In this document: piece by piece, positions 25,501-38,734 of the stretch
How the letters are laid out: every line of letters begins with the position of its first letter
Numbering within the stretch: position 1 is the first letter of the stretch
NCBI GenBank assembly: GCA_032718475.1
Contig: JAUCBJ010008197.1
Coordinates: forward strand, 53,924-117,923
Source: Nemertoderma westbladi
Taxonomy: Eukaryota; Animalia; Xenacoelomorpha
Direction: 5' to 3'
Length of the DNA: 64,000 bases
The notes under the pieces: generated by a model
What the model was told of the DNA's origin: nothing
The model's database searches: none
Seen by the model: only the letters and a program-made list of their open reading frames with translations
Made by a program: the position numbers and the translations under genes

Positions 25501-28500
25501 ATGTCTGACACAAAGCAAAACCTGTCAGACAGTCTCCTAGATACAACCATATGTGACCCAGACAGGAGTGTGGAACGTGTAGGACCGAAGTTCAACTCAC
25601 CTCCTACTGTAAGAAAGATCATCCCTCCCGTAGTAATATCAGACCCTAGGCTAGTCCAACATCGTAGGTCTATCATAGGCACTCGAGCTCAGGTCAAGCG
25701 GGACCAAGAAGCAGCGGAACAGCAACAACCCGCGAGCCAAGAACTTATTTCTCAACGGCCCGACAGCTCCAGTAGTGAGGATACTGTAGAGCTGACACCC
25801 GAGCGCGGAGCAAAGATGACGGATGCGGTTTATTCGGATCCCCTTCTCATCCTTCCTGCAGCCGTACTCACTAGGTTATTGATTGCGGTGGAAGAACACA
25901 AGATCGATTGGGCGAGAAATAAGCGATCGACTAAAGATAGTTATGCGGGATACACAAGGGAAGAACTGAAGTCTATTGTCGAGTCGCAATGGAACTTCCC
26001 CGGACCTGGACTCCCGTTTGATTTATCAGAAGCTGCCTGGGAAGACATACACAGGATGGGAGTAACCAAGGAAATCATCGATCCAGCTGTGTGGAAGAGG
26101 TCCGCAGCCGGATACGTACAGGGATTCTTCAGCTCCATGGAGCGATTAGAAGAACAACTGTTTCAACAACCCCAAGGACCTCAAGAGCAGGGACAGCTGC
26201 TTTATCAAGTTAGAGAAAGAATTCTACGAATCAGGCTAATCTTATCGGCCTTTGAGGAGGCTTCTAAAAGAAGACAAGACACATCGTTGCAAGTTGCCGT
26301 AAAGACTTGGTTTCAACGGATGAGTCTCCAGGTTCAAGGAACGGCTCAGTGGAAAGCCCAGCTGGATGAGCGCTCAACCCATGGAGAATCAACAGACGCT
26401 ACATTTTCCCAAGTGGAAAGTGAAGCGACAGCAGAGAAACCGCATAAGAGGGATACCATTGACATATATCTGTCAGACTATCAACGCTTTGTAGGCGATG
26501 AAGAGTTGAGGAGAAGGCTAGATGGACTTAGCCCTAATAGTGAAGGAGCCAAGCTTGTGTTGGACGCAATCGATGTGGATAGGTTAGCTGCGAACCAAGC
26601 TAAATTCAATGAAAGCATCCGCATCACTAGGGTCCAAGAAGAACAAGTAAAGAAAAAACGTATAGCAGACAGAAAGACAGCGGCAGTGGCAGCAGTAGTG
26701 GCAGCGGCAGAAGCGGAAAGAAAAGCGGCAGCGGCAGAAGTAGAAGCGGAAAGAAAGGCGGTAGAAGTGGAAAGAAAAGCGGCAGCGGCAGCAGTAGAAG
26801 CAGAAAGAAAGGCGGCAGTGGCCGAAGCGGAAAGAAAGGCGGCAGTGGCAGCGGCAGAGGCAGTGGCAGAAGCAGAACGGAGAGCCTCTGAAGAAACCAC
26901 CCAACTAGAATTGGAAAACATTCAGGAGAATCAAGACTGCATAAATAAACAGTTAACAGCTAGTCAAATGCAGATGATGGGTCGATCAACTCCCAAAAGA
27001 CAGGGATATACATCATCTGAGGAAGGCGATACCACCGATCCTGAAGGCGGAGGAAATAGATCTCGTCTAAGCCGACGTAGAAGAATGTCCCACCGTCAGA
27101 AATTGCCTGATTTGCCCCCAGCTGTTAGAAGGCAACTAAATAACACAAACTTAGGTAGTATAGAATCCACAGACCAAATAATTAACATAGAAAGACTCCC
27201 TACTATAGTAGATGAGCCTGAAATAATTAGGCCTGTTCTCGAAGCCACCCCTTCGGTGATAGAGACGCCTGTACTCCCTGAACCTACCTCTAAATTCCCT
27301 CTGCACAGCACGAAGCTACCTGTGCCCCACAGAACCACCCCTGAAATTGTTCATGTCCTGGACTCCGAGCGAAATATTCATGACTTGTCGCCCGTTGTCC
27401 CTCGTCCGCCCGCTACAACGTTGGCACCTCCCGCTTCGGCGGTCGAGTGGGTAGATGAGGGACGACGGGAGATGGGTCTCCTGCTCGGACAGCTGAGGGA
27501 ACAACATTCTCGCTCCTCTCAGCAGGCCCAGGAGATGGAGGGAACTGTGCAGCAGTTAAAGGGAACAATTAGAGAGAGTAGGTTAGAGTTGCAAGAAGTG
27601 CAGCAAAGTATCGCGTTAGAACGCGATAAATTAGTAAATACACAAAAGGGTATACTACCAACCCCGGTAACAATGTGTCAACCTGTTAGGTCTGAAGTAT
27701 TTCATGCGCAAGGTGTGGAGCCTACACGCATCTATACTGCTAGCGAAGTAGAAACTCCCATAGTAAACCCTATTAAGGGTAATTATAAACCTGTTGACAA
27801 TGATATCCCATAAAGACTTGATAATAATCCGAGAAATTTATATACCGATAACTCGATATTAAATAACACGATGGCCCAAGAAAGTTTTACGCGTCAAATG
27901 GCTAGAACCGAAGCCCGTCAAGCGGTAAAGGTGGGAGAGATCGTCAAGTTCAATGGAGATGAGATGAAATGGTTACCTTTTAATGAATATTACAAAGATA
28001 ACATACAGAACTCTGTGCTATCTAACGGAGAGAAACTTAGATTCCTCATCGAGTGCTTGGAAGGATCTCCCAAGTTAATGGCGTTAAAGTTTATTGGACA
28101 TCCAGACGGATTAAGACAAGTTTGGGATACACTAAACATCAGGTATGGTAATAGGAATAACATAGCTAAATATTTGTAAGTAAAATTAGTAGCGCCCCGA
28201 AAGTTCATTAGCAGCGGGATAATAGAGTTTTCCGATGAGATTCAAGAGATCTGTAGACAATTAGATTGGTTAGGTAAGTCTCATGAATATCAGAGTTCTA
28301 TGGTTATTGGAGCCGTGGCTTCTACTTTACCGAAGGGTGGAGTAGGTACACGCTGGGATAAGAAAGTGTTATATATGATGGAACAACAACGACGAGACCC
28401 TACCATGGCTGATCTCATGTCATTCTTAGATGGAGAAGTGAAATTACAGCTCCTAAAACAGTCCAGAGAGAAGACACCGGAAAAGGTAAGTGATTCCGAA

Positions 28501-30888
28501 CTACATGTCCAATTCAGTGATGTGAACGACACTGACCAAAGTTCTGAGATGGAAGGATTCTATACAGATGAATTCTACGACGAAGATGAATCCTGTTACA
28601 TGATAAATACCGCAGTGTATCGAGCACTTACGTATGAAAAAGACAGACAGCGACCTCACCCTAACTACTTCTGATCGACAACCATCTTGGAAAGCGCCAC
28701 CTTCCAATGTAGGAATCCGAGAATTTCCTGTAGTACAGGTAAGGGTCCACAGACCTAAAAGGAGTTATGTAGTGAACGCCCTCCTTGACTCCGGTAGTAC
28801 AGGAACATTCATCGACAAAGAACTAGCCGAAGACATCTTTGCTGGACAACCCAAGTTCCGAACTAAGCTAAACATGTCAGGAATTATGCAGGTTTGGAAA
28901 TCTACAGTAATAGCGGATTATTATGTAGGTGCATTGTCCACCCCCCAGGATGAACTAGGAGAACATAGTATAAGGTCAGTTAAAATGGTGGCGATAAAGA
29001 ACTTCGCTACCACCCAAGTGGAACCTTATAACTGGGATGAGGACGATTTTACCCAGCAGCTGGAAATACCTAGATTCAACACCGATTACCCTGGAGTGCA
29101 AATACTCATCGGTCAAAACGCGCATGAAGCGCTCGAGACATTGGAGAAACGGCCTGCTCAACCGCAACCACTACAAGCTTATGCGGGAAGAACTAGAGTG
29201 GGTTGGTACTTTACTGGCCCTTCCCGTAGAACTCTCATGGAAAGATTACCGAAAGACCAGGTATATCAGGTAATAGAATGGGAAGTCGAGAGCAGTGAGT
29301 TAGACGATCCAACTGAGGGAACACCATACTCCTCAGATAAAGACGATGTCCACCAGCTTTTCGATGAGGAGAATACCATTGATCTCCTTAAGGAAAACGA
29401 GACTTGGCAAAACCAAGTGAACTTATGTCAGCTCCTTCTTCCATCAGAACGAGACGACTATAACGACGAACTTAATGACGTCATTGAACGTTATAATGGA
29501 AAGACTCGGGATGAACACGCCGTACGATTCTTTACTCAAGAGGCTGTAGAGCCCAATTCCTACGATAAGGCCCTATCGGTAGAGGAAGAAAGAGCCAAGC
29601 AGATCCAAGAGACAACTACACGTTTTCTTAAAGATCAAGGTAGATATGAGATCGGTCTACCTTTCCGAAAGCGAGAACCAAAGTTCGTAAACAACAGACC
29701 CTTGGCGGAGAAAAGAATTGCTCAACTACATCGACGCCTTACGGCAAATTCTTCAGCTAAAGAAATGTATCAAACGCAGTTGAAGAAATTTATTAGCAAG
29801 GGATATGCGGAGCTAGTACCGGAAGAAACACCTATAACTGAGAGAACGTATTATTTAACTCACCATTACGTTCCCAAACCCGGTAAACCCCATGAGGTAC
29901 GAGTGGTGTTTGACGGCTCCGCCCTCTATATGGGGCAATCCCTTAATTCCGAATTGTTACCCGGACCCAACTTACTCCAATCCTTGTTGGGAATACTCTT
30001 AAGATTAAGACAATATTCAATTGCTTTCGCCTCAGATATAGAAGGCATGTTCTTACAAGTCAAGGCGCTGGATAGGGATCGAGATAGCCTACGATTTCTG
30101 TGGTGGCCTGAAGGAGACCTCAACCAGAAACCGGTGGAGTACTGGATGACCATCCAGGCTTTTGGGATAATCTCAAGCCCTTCGAACGCCTGTTCAGTGG
30201 TGCGCACCACTGCGGATGACAACCGAGAAGCCTTCTCTAAAGAGGTGATTGACAACATCAAGCGGGATATATACATGGACGATAATCTAAAGTCCCTTCC
30301 ATCAGTCGAAGAAGCCATTGACGTCGCTAAAGGAACGGTAGAGTGCTTAAAAAGAGGTGGATTTCGATTAACTAAATTCACCAGCAACTCCCGTGAGTTT
30401 CTGGAGTCGATCCCGGTAGAAGATTGAGGAGCGAAAGACCTAGATCTAATAAAAGATGATCTCCCAGAAACTAAGACCTTTGGTTTGAAATGGGACACAG
30501 AAAGAGATATCCTGTTTTTTCAACTAAAACAGCGAGATAATCCAGTTCGGACTAAACGGATTTGTTTAAGTATCCTGAGCACTTATTTCGATCCATTGGG
30601 ATTTATTAGCCCAGTTATATTGATTGCTCGGAGTTTAGTACAACAAATGTGGCTTGAAAACCACTCATGGGACGATCCACTTAAGGGAGAATTATTAAAG
30701 AAGTGGATGAAATGGGAAGATTCTCTACCAGCCATCGAGAACTTTATAATTTCCCGTTCATATTTTGGTCATGTTCTCCCTACGTATTCCTATCAACTCC
30801 ATGTGTTTGGAGATGCCAGCGATATGGGAATAGGTATAGTAGCCTACCTAAGGGTGGAAACTCCGGACGGAATCAAAGTCGCCTTGGT
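25501..30888 (+). pseudogene. Bel-3 gag-pol (stops; zinc knuckles deleted; truncated within RNase H)
   Basis: 770-aa N-terminal ORF with Ala/Glu/Arg/Lys (AEAERKAA) coiled-coil repeats, DUF1759-like region, LLDSGS, YMDD, HVFGDAS; similarity to Bel-1 stops abruptly at 30888. Confidence 0.92.
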
Positions 30889-33782
30889 GGGATAAATATT
30901 TCTCCATTTGACGCAACACCGCCGCGGCCGCTATGAGGGAGGTGAATACCGCAGCAGCTCCTAAAGCCGCAGGCCATCGCTAACTATATAGGTTAACTTG
31001 GGATTCTGGGGGACTTTTCGATGAAGGAACTGACCAATTTTTTTTATTTTCGCACCAGGGGACCGGCTCGGAATTCTAAGATATTAGCAACTCTAACATT
31101 AGCAAATCTATCCCCTCGATGGAGACGCGGACAAAAAACCGTCATTTTTTCGACTTTTTTAAAAATTTTTTGAAAGGCGCTCTACAGTGGCTCGAAAAAA
31201 CCCTAGGTTATTGCTTAGCCAACGCCGGGATACGATAGAAGGGATTAATTGGTGAATTCGTTTTTTTTTTCAAAAAAGATTACCACGCCTTTTTCCCGAA
31301 ATTGTCCGTCAAAGTTGAAAAAACGGACAAAATGACTTTGTAGGATCCGCTATAACTCGGCTAATATTAATCGTATGGGGACGAAAGTAACGCGGTTGGG
31401 ATTAATTGGTGAATTCGTTTTTTTTTTCAAAAAAGATTACCACGCCTTTTTCCCGAAATTGTCCGTCAAAGTTGAAAAAACGGACAAAATGACTTTGTAG
31501 GATCCGCTATAACTCGGCTAATATTAATCGTATGGGGACGAAAGTAACGCGGTTGGAAAGGGGAAGAGTGGTACTACCTTCGTATCGAATGGGGGTAAGA
31601 TATTTATTAAAATTTCGGGTGGAAAAAGGGGCCGTAAATTTGTACGTTTTTGTCCGTCTTTTTTGGAACACTTATTTCCGAAATGTTTAATTCGACAACG
31701 CGGGTAGGAATCCACTAATTCTTTTATGAAACTCGTAGAAGACCATTGGGGCTACGTTCCTATCGAATGGGGGTACAAAAAATATGTCGGCAATAGGGGC
31801 CAAAAAGGGCCAGAATATGTAAAGTAGTTTTTATCGAATATTTTTTTATTTTTAACTTTAGTTGATTAAGGTACATTCTATGCGTCAATATCGATACGGG
31901 GAATTCAAATATGCTATCGGTTTTGCTCCAAGGATGATATTAAAAAAAATGAGGGCCAAAATTATAATTTCGTGCTTCAAACTCGCTTTGCGGGAAATCG
32001 TCTAGCTCGAAAACTACTTAACTTACGGGAGATTTGTTTGCACAGACTTATAGTGCGTTAAATTATCTATCTAACAGCGTTAATTACAGCGCCGGAGGTA
32101 TTATAAAACTGGAGAGGCAGACGATCGTGTGAAATATAATATTTATAAAAAGGGAAGAAAATTTTTTTTTTTAACAAATCGCTACTCCATTATAGTTTAG
32201 CGTATTGCGCCAAAAGTACCTGTAAAAGGTATCAAATTAACTCCGCCATCTTTTATCTTAACATATATAATTAAAATTACGAATTTTAAGGGTCGAAAAA
32301 TATCACGTTATTTTGGCCCTTTATTTTAATTTTTTTGGGGCCAATAATAACCCCTTCTCAAAAGATTAAGAAAAAAATTACGGCAAAGAATATACCAATT
32401 TTATCGAATTTGGACCACCAGAACCGAAGTTAGAGCGATTTTAGTGAAAAAATAAAAATATTTTTTTTTTTGCAAAAAATTAAGTATTTAGTTGCGGAGC
32501 CTTAGCGAATTGACACTGTTAGGGGGTGGGTCAATTTATGCAAATAGTTGTCGTCGTCGTCGTTGTCGTCGTCGTCGTCGTTGTCGTCGTCGTTACGATT
32601 TTGACATGCTAATAACTTTGTCGGATTTAAAGCTGCCAAGTTGAAAATTTGTAGGTATCAATATGAGCAAAAGTTGAGATTTTTGAGAGACTTTCAGACA
32701 CCATCAGTGCAATGGTCTCCCGCTAGAGGGCCACATGTCTAAACATTAAATGCCCTCCCATTTCTTTGCTTTTAATCCGTTTAAGCTGAAACTTGGCAGA
32801 TATGTATTAGACCATTAGCTGTGACTTTCAAAGGAGGCGAATCCATCTGCAGTTCTCCAGTCTGCCGCTAGAGGGCCAAAGCTCTGAAAGTGAAATCGTT
32901 GTCGTCGTTACGATTTTGACATGCTAATAACTTTGTCGGATTTAAAGCTGCCAAGTTGAAAATTTGTAGGTATCAATATGAGCTAAAGTTGAGATTTTTG
33001 AGAGACTTTCAGACACCATCAGTGCAATGGTCTCCCGCTAGAGGGCCACATGTCTAAACATTAAATGCCCTCCCATTTCTTTGCTTTTAATCCGTTTAAG
33101 CTGAAACTTGGCAGATATGTATTAGACCATTAGCTGTGACTTTCAAAGGAGGCGAATCCATCTGCAGTTCTCCAGTCTGCCGCTAGAGGGCCAAATGTCT
33201 GAAAGTGAAATCGTTGTCGTCGTTATGATATTGACATGCTTATAACTTTGTCGAATTTAAAGCTGCCAAGTTGAAAATTTGTAGGCATCAATATGATCAA
33301 AAGTTGAGACGTTTGAGAGACTTTCAGACACCATCAGAGCAATAGTCTCCTGCTAGAGGGCCACATGTCTAAACGTTAAATGTCCTCCCATTTCTTTGCT
33401 TTTAATCCATTTATGCTGAAATTTGGCAGATATGTAATAGACCATAGGCTGTGGCTTTGTAGGGAAACTAATCCTTCCTTCTTCAGTTACCCAGTCTCCC
33501 GCTAGAGGGTTAACGTTTTCCGGGAAAATCTTCTCCTATGTTTTTATAATCCTTTCGAGTTGATACTTAGCATTAACTCATTTCACGTGCTGCGCGAAGG
33601 CCCCACTTCGTGTATAATAATATGTTGCTTGGCGTGGGTGGCTGAGGCCTTGGCCTTGGTTGGTTAGTTTCCAGGGTGATTGTTCTAGAATATTAAATTA
33701 TTTACCTTGAGTGAACCAAACCAACCAACCAACCCACCCAGCTCAATATTGCTTGAAAATTATCTTGTAAATATTTTCCCCA
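30888..33782. mobile_element. Composite non-coding insertion (DNA-transposon-like) replacing Bel-3 RNaseH-integrase
   Basis: Imperfect terminal inverted match TGGGATAAATATTT / AAATATTTTCCCCA (12/14); 157-bp tandem duplication at 31241-31555; no TSD seen. Confidence 0.45.
32487..33615 (+). mobile_element. Non-autonomous Helentron/DINE-like element with (GTC)n and 3 x 315-bp central repeats
   Basis: 5' (GTC)n microsatellite 32545-32592, 315-bp units starting 32591/32906/33221, 3' hairpin CGAAG-GCCCCA-CTTCG, imperfect sub-terminal inverted match GCGGAGCCTT / AAGGCCCCAC. Confidence 0.55.
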
Positions 33783-33793
33783 TCAATAAATAA

Positions 33794-34090
33794 TTACTTT
33801 TAATTACTACCGCCGTTGTCCAGACGACCCGTCAAGGACCAGTAGGAGCTGCTGTCCTAAGACGCGCCCTAAAGGCCGTTAGACCTCGCTCCACTGAAGT
33901 TGATATTGATCAACCAGGTACCTCAACCGGCGGATACACCGATCGTAATCCTAAACCTTCTGATGCAATTGTATTGCACCCTTCACCCAGGAGTTACAGC
34001 CCTCCTAGTAAAGTGGCTCGCCCCAAAGAGAAAAGGACTCTTGCTAGCCTCAAAAAACTGCGTAAACGCCGTCCTCGTAAGAAAGACTAA
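33794..34090 (+). pseudogene. C-terminal remnant of a Bel-3 accessory ORF with basic NLS-like tail
   Basis: Stop-free frame without ATG (absent from ORF track): ..AVVQTTRQGPVGAAVLRRALKAVRP..LKKLRKRRPRKKD*, just before the PPT. Confidence 0.55.
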
Positions 34091-34168
34091 CTGTTTAGAG
34101 TATTTTTATATTTTAGAAACTGTGATTTGTTATATTTTATAGACTTAAATCCCATTTTCTGGGAGCGG

Positions 34169-35338
34169 AGTAAAGGCTTTTGCGGAATTAGCCGGTTATT
34201 TTCCCCGTAAAGTACTCTGTAGTTGGTTTAACAGGCATAAAAGGCCGTGTCCTTACTGTACTGGTGTTTTAGAGGACATAAAAGCCATTTCTGCTGTATG
34301 TGTACTTTAGCGGACATAATTAGCAATTCTATGATGCAATACGCCGGATCCTCTTGAAACAGTGTAGCTACCATGACGACGGCTAACAGCTGATGCTGTA
34401 CATGTGGAGCTTTCTCTTTGTTCTCTGTTCCTTCTTTGTTCGGTCGACCAATCAGAGCGTTTTTTGCCTCTGTGTTGGAGATTGTATACGGAAACTCGTG
34501 GAGTTGAGTCAGTATGTGATTTTGTCCACAGCCTAGAACACCGGCTTTGGAACCTCCGTGTTTCAGTCTTTAGCCCAACATTAGTAGGCTTAATTATAGA
34601 ACGTATAATCTGTTATCTCACTCACGAACCATAACATACAAACTAATCATATTGTCAACTACAAACACCGCATTTTTACTGCTATTTACTGTCGGTTATT
34701 CATTATATTTGTTGATGGAATATTATATTTGGAATACTGATAAATAATCAGACACCCCAATCTTCTTGATATACTAAAGGTTAGAGAGACCGGTTACATA
34801 TAACGATTGCGACTTACATTAAGTGGTTTGAAGTGAATCTAATGCTATTTTATAGGCCCTACATGTATTGTCTGTTGTTCTCTTTATATGTGACTAAAAT
34901 TAGTGAAGGTCGGCAGATCAGTGTGCAGCATTGTGCAGTATTGTGTATGATTGTGACTGATAACAAAGCATCTCCTAAAGAATGCGCCATATACGTGAAT
35001 CTATAGCCATCCCGTTGTGTCTAGTTTAAGTCATAACTCTGTTTACATATTTAGAGCGCCACGTCCTAAAGGAACTGTTAATATTTCCCGAAAGTGAATA
35101 ATATTTGTCAGAGATTATATATTACGATCAGTCGAATAATACAGTAGGCCTACCCCGCAATACGATTAGGCTTCCGAATCCAGTCTCCCGGGTATATCCA
35201 GCGGGTGAATGATCGCGCATAGACTGGCTTCGGCTAATGTAGTGTATCAAATACTTGTCATAGGCTAAAGACGATCTATCATCTAAAAGACATCCCAATT
35301 TGGCAGGTTAAACTGCTAAAGGTCTGAAAGCGCGAACA
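34169..35338 (+). repeat. Bel-3 3' LTR (1170 bp; first base A instead of T)
   Basis: Direct repeat of 22020-23189; preceded by PPT GGGAGCGG. Confidence 0.95.
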
Positions 35339-35343
35339 GATGT

Positions 35344-37024
35344 CTTGCAAGGACTCTCACCTCTCCTGCAGAGAGCAATAAATCATTATAGCTCCTGGAA
35401 TCGGCTTTGCAAGGCTGTCGTGTACCTTAAGAGATGTTTCCATCATCACTATACCAGGACGAAGATCGCTAGTGATACCGCTCCAATAATATCCGAAAAG
35501 GTCCATGCTATTAAAGACCTTCCCACTTATAAGGTGTCTGATAGGTTTCTGACAGAGAAGATCAGTTACCAAGAGCATGAGGATACCAATAAGCAGATAC
35601 TGAGACTCCTGCAATGCTACGAAGATTCCGATAAGTATTTCCTGTTGTTGAGAAATCCACAGATGCGCTTAAGGGATTGTTTCTCTAGCACAATGATAGA
35701 TGGGTTAATACATGTCGGAGGGAGATTAACTAATGCTCCATTGGCCTTTGACACTAAGTTTCCCATACTTATTAGAAATCTTGAAATACAAATCAAGATG
35801 ATTGTAGATGTTCACAGTAGGCTTTACCATGCTGGTAGAGAACGAGTTCTTAGCGTAATTCGAACTCGCTATTATTTCCATAAACCCCGTAGAGCTCTGA
35901 ACCAAGTTCTTAGGAACTGTATACCCCGTAGGAAAGCATTCAATAGGCCTTTAACACAGCGAGAGGCAGAATTACCTAGGGAACGAGTAAGCTTCTATGA
36001 ACCACCCTTTACTAATACTGGTGTGGATTTATTTGGCCCTATTGAAGTATATCGTGCTAGGACTATAGTCAAGCGATGGTGTGTCATCTTTGTCTGTATG
36101 ACTTGTAGAGCGATCCATCTAGATATGGTGAACGATCTATCTACCAACAGCTTCATACTGAGTTTACGCCGACAGATCGCTCGTTTTGGAACTAGCAACA
36201 CCATGAGATCCGACAAAGGAACGAACTTCATTGGTGCCAATAATGAGATCAAAGCTTACTTGAAAGACTGGAACCAAAGACAGGTGGACGATCAGCTAAG
36301 GGTAACAGCATCTAGCTGGACCTTCCACGCCGCCGACGCCTCTTGGTGGGGAGGAAGTTGGGAGAGATTAATACGGAGCGTGAAGACTGCATTTCACTTT
36401 ATAGTGCCGTGCCGCGCGTATCTCACCGACGAACTTTTGCGGACGTTAATGGAAGAAATCGCCGCCTATCTTAACGAGAGACCGCTTATGCCAGTCTCAT
36501 CGAGTCCCGACTCCCTAGAAGCGCTGACTCCCGCGCATTTCCTACTAAAGAAACCTGTAGCCATGCTCCCGCAATCGGAAATCACGGACGGAGACGAATA
36601 CTGCCGACAAACTTGGCAACTTATGCAGTTATTATCCCGTCGTTTCGCTGACCATTTCGAAAAGCATTATCTTCCTACGCTACAACTTCGAACAAAGTGG
36701 TTTGCGCAGCAAGAAAACGTCAGCGCCGGAGACATGGTCCTTATTGTGGAATCAGATCTTCCACGTAAGAGGTGGCAGACAGGTCGTATCATCGAGACTC
36801 ATATATCCGATGATGGTTTAGTGCGATCGGTAGAACTCGTCGTCATGCGACGTAACTTTAAGAAACCTGGAATTGTATTCGAAACACAACAACTTAATCG
36901 CCCAGTTGGTCATTTATGTTTACTGGAAAGAGACCGAGAATTATCCGGAAACTATGGAAGGCAAGATACTCTTCCCACCACCACCTCCCTAATCCAACAA
37001 ACATCTAGGGACTCCTCAACGTAA
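35344..37024 (+). CDS. Bel-1 integrase region (HHCC-like, DDE core, DUF5641-like tail)
   Basis: GVDLFGP, CRAIHLDMV, MRSDKGTNFIGA, WWGGSWERLIRSVK, LNERPL, LTPAHFL, DGLVRSV. Confidence 0.93.
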
Positions 37025-37552
37025 CATCATCTGGAGTGGGTGTGTGACTCCATTATTTTATATATTTTTATTATTTTTATATTTATGTATGTATTATTAC
37101 GTAATTTTATTATTATAATCGTTTTCTTTCATTTTATTTAGTAGAATAATATTTTAACGATTATTCAGTAGATTAGTGCAATATATATTCGTGTTTATTA
37201 CTTAATTACTTAGCATTATATATTTCGTTTAACGGCGAGAAATAATTCATTTTCTCTTTCCTTACTGTCCGTATCATACTATAAATACGTGACTACAGTA
37301 AGATGAAATGTCCGTACTTATTAAAAGTACAATACCGCCCCTACTATACTTAAGTATTATTGGTAAGTAGAGTATTAGGAATGCAAAGTTCAGATCCTCG
37401 TGTCTCGGCTAAACCAAGCTCTGGGTAGACCTTGGAAATGACTTGCCTCTTCTCACTGACATTGCTTCTTGCAATATTGCTCTCATGCCGTATATTAAAT
37501 AATACATATAGTAGCGTGATGTCCATTTAACAGTAGCGTTGAAACGCAAAAT

Positions 37553-37920
37553 AAATCTGTTAAACCCTTTGACCATCTGAAATTCTAGTCGATTAAGATA
37601 TCGCGGCACCCACCGATATACTTGAAAGACAAAATTCTAGAATCAGTGGTTAACGTCCCCAGACATGTTCTGGAATAAATCGGTGCCCATCTTAAATATT
37701 AAATATTTAATAAATATTTATAAAATCTGTTAAAACAAATGTTTTAATAGAGTAAATGCTGATAAATTGACTCTAGAAAATCTATAAATCAAAAATCTGT
37801 TAAAATTCAGATCCTTTAAAATTCTAGTCAATTAAGATATCGTAGCACTTACCGATACTCTTAAAAAGACAAAATTCCTAGAATTAAGGATCCTAGTCCC
37901 CAGACATGTTCTGGAATAAA
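37553..37920 (+). ncRNA. Duplicated structured element (two ~127-bp copies, long hairpin with covariation) in Bel-1 3' region
   Basis: Hairpins 37569-37653 and 37810-37892 keep pairing despite different outer stem sequences; each followed by CCAGA-CATGT-TCTGG and AATAAA. Confidence 0.55.
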
Positions 37921-38734
37921 ATTTTAATATCAAATAATAAAATTTACGGGAATAAATTTTAAATTCATATCCTCTCATGAATTTGATAAATTGTCATTTT
38001 ATACAATTTATAACATTCCCAAAATTCCATTAATTAATAGATCATGGGAGCGGAGATTCACCCTATTAAGTATATTAGTGTGCGAGAATCTCCAATGTAT
38101 AGTCAATAGCCGATAAAATTCATAAAATCATGTATAAAGGGGAATATTGACAATTAAAGAATTACTATTAAATAGCATCCCAGATCTGTATGCATGAGAA
38201 TTACCCTAATTCTACTGCTAGCTTTCCATAATGTCACCATAGCAACAACCACGCTAGAATTAGAAGCGAGTTAAAAGAACAATAGAAAGCTTGCCCCATT
38301 GAATAGCATGCAAAATAAATAGCACCCTGCTAGTATCCAGGGATACATAATAATAACATGGCATTCTGGAAGGCACTTGACTAATGGACAAATGGCCCGA
38401 ATGTGTACAATTTGTGACAGGAGTGTGGAATTTGTGTATTTATAGATGAATGTTACTACTAAAGTGTGTTTACAGTAGTGAGTCGCAGTTGTGAAAGTTA
38501 CCCTGCCTCTGTAGCAAGAACCTCCAGTAATTCTAAGCCCTTGGGACGGACAGTGGAGTGACTCGCGCTGGTTATTGTTGTCATTGTGTAGCTACTACGT
38601 TGGCGAGAGGCACAGCGACGACAGTACATCAGCGCTGAGGATCTTGTGCTGTCCGGGGGCATTGAGGGGGAGGCAGCGACGACCGCTGGCCTACATATCA
38701 TTAATTATAATATCGATAAACTCATATAGCAGCT

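Larger units (their letters stand above)
22020..35338 (+). mobile_element. Bel/Pao LTR retrotransposon 'Bel-3' (relative of Bel-1), decayed
   Basis: 1170-bp LTRs, 5-bp TSD GATGT (22015-22019 / 35339-35343); gag-pol highly similar to Bel-1. Confidence 0.93.

Noticed and set aside
26481-26921. Ala-rich and Cys/Phe-rich antisense ORFs
   Set aside because: Shadows of the repetitive gag coiled-coil on the opposite strand; the same applies to other antisense ORFs over pol, HMGCL and GATB.
38045-38055. Third PPT-like motif TGGGAGCGGAG matching the Bel-3 PPT
   Set aside because: Not followed by LTR-like sequence and overlaps a local GGAGATTC/GAATCTCC hairpin; may be chance.
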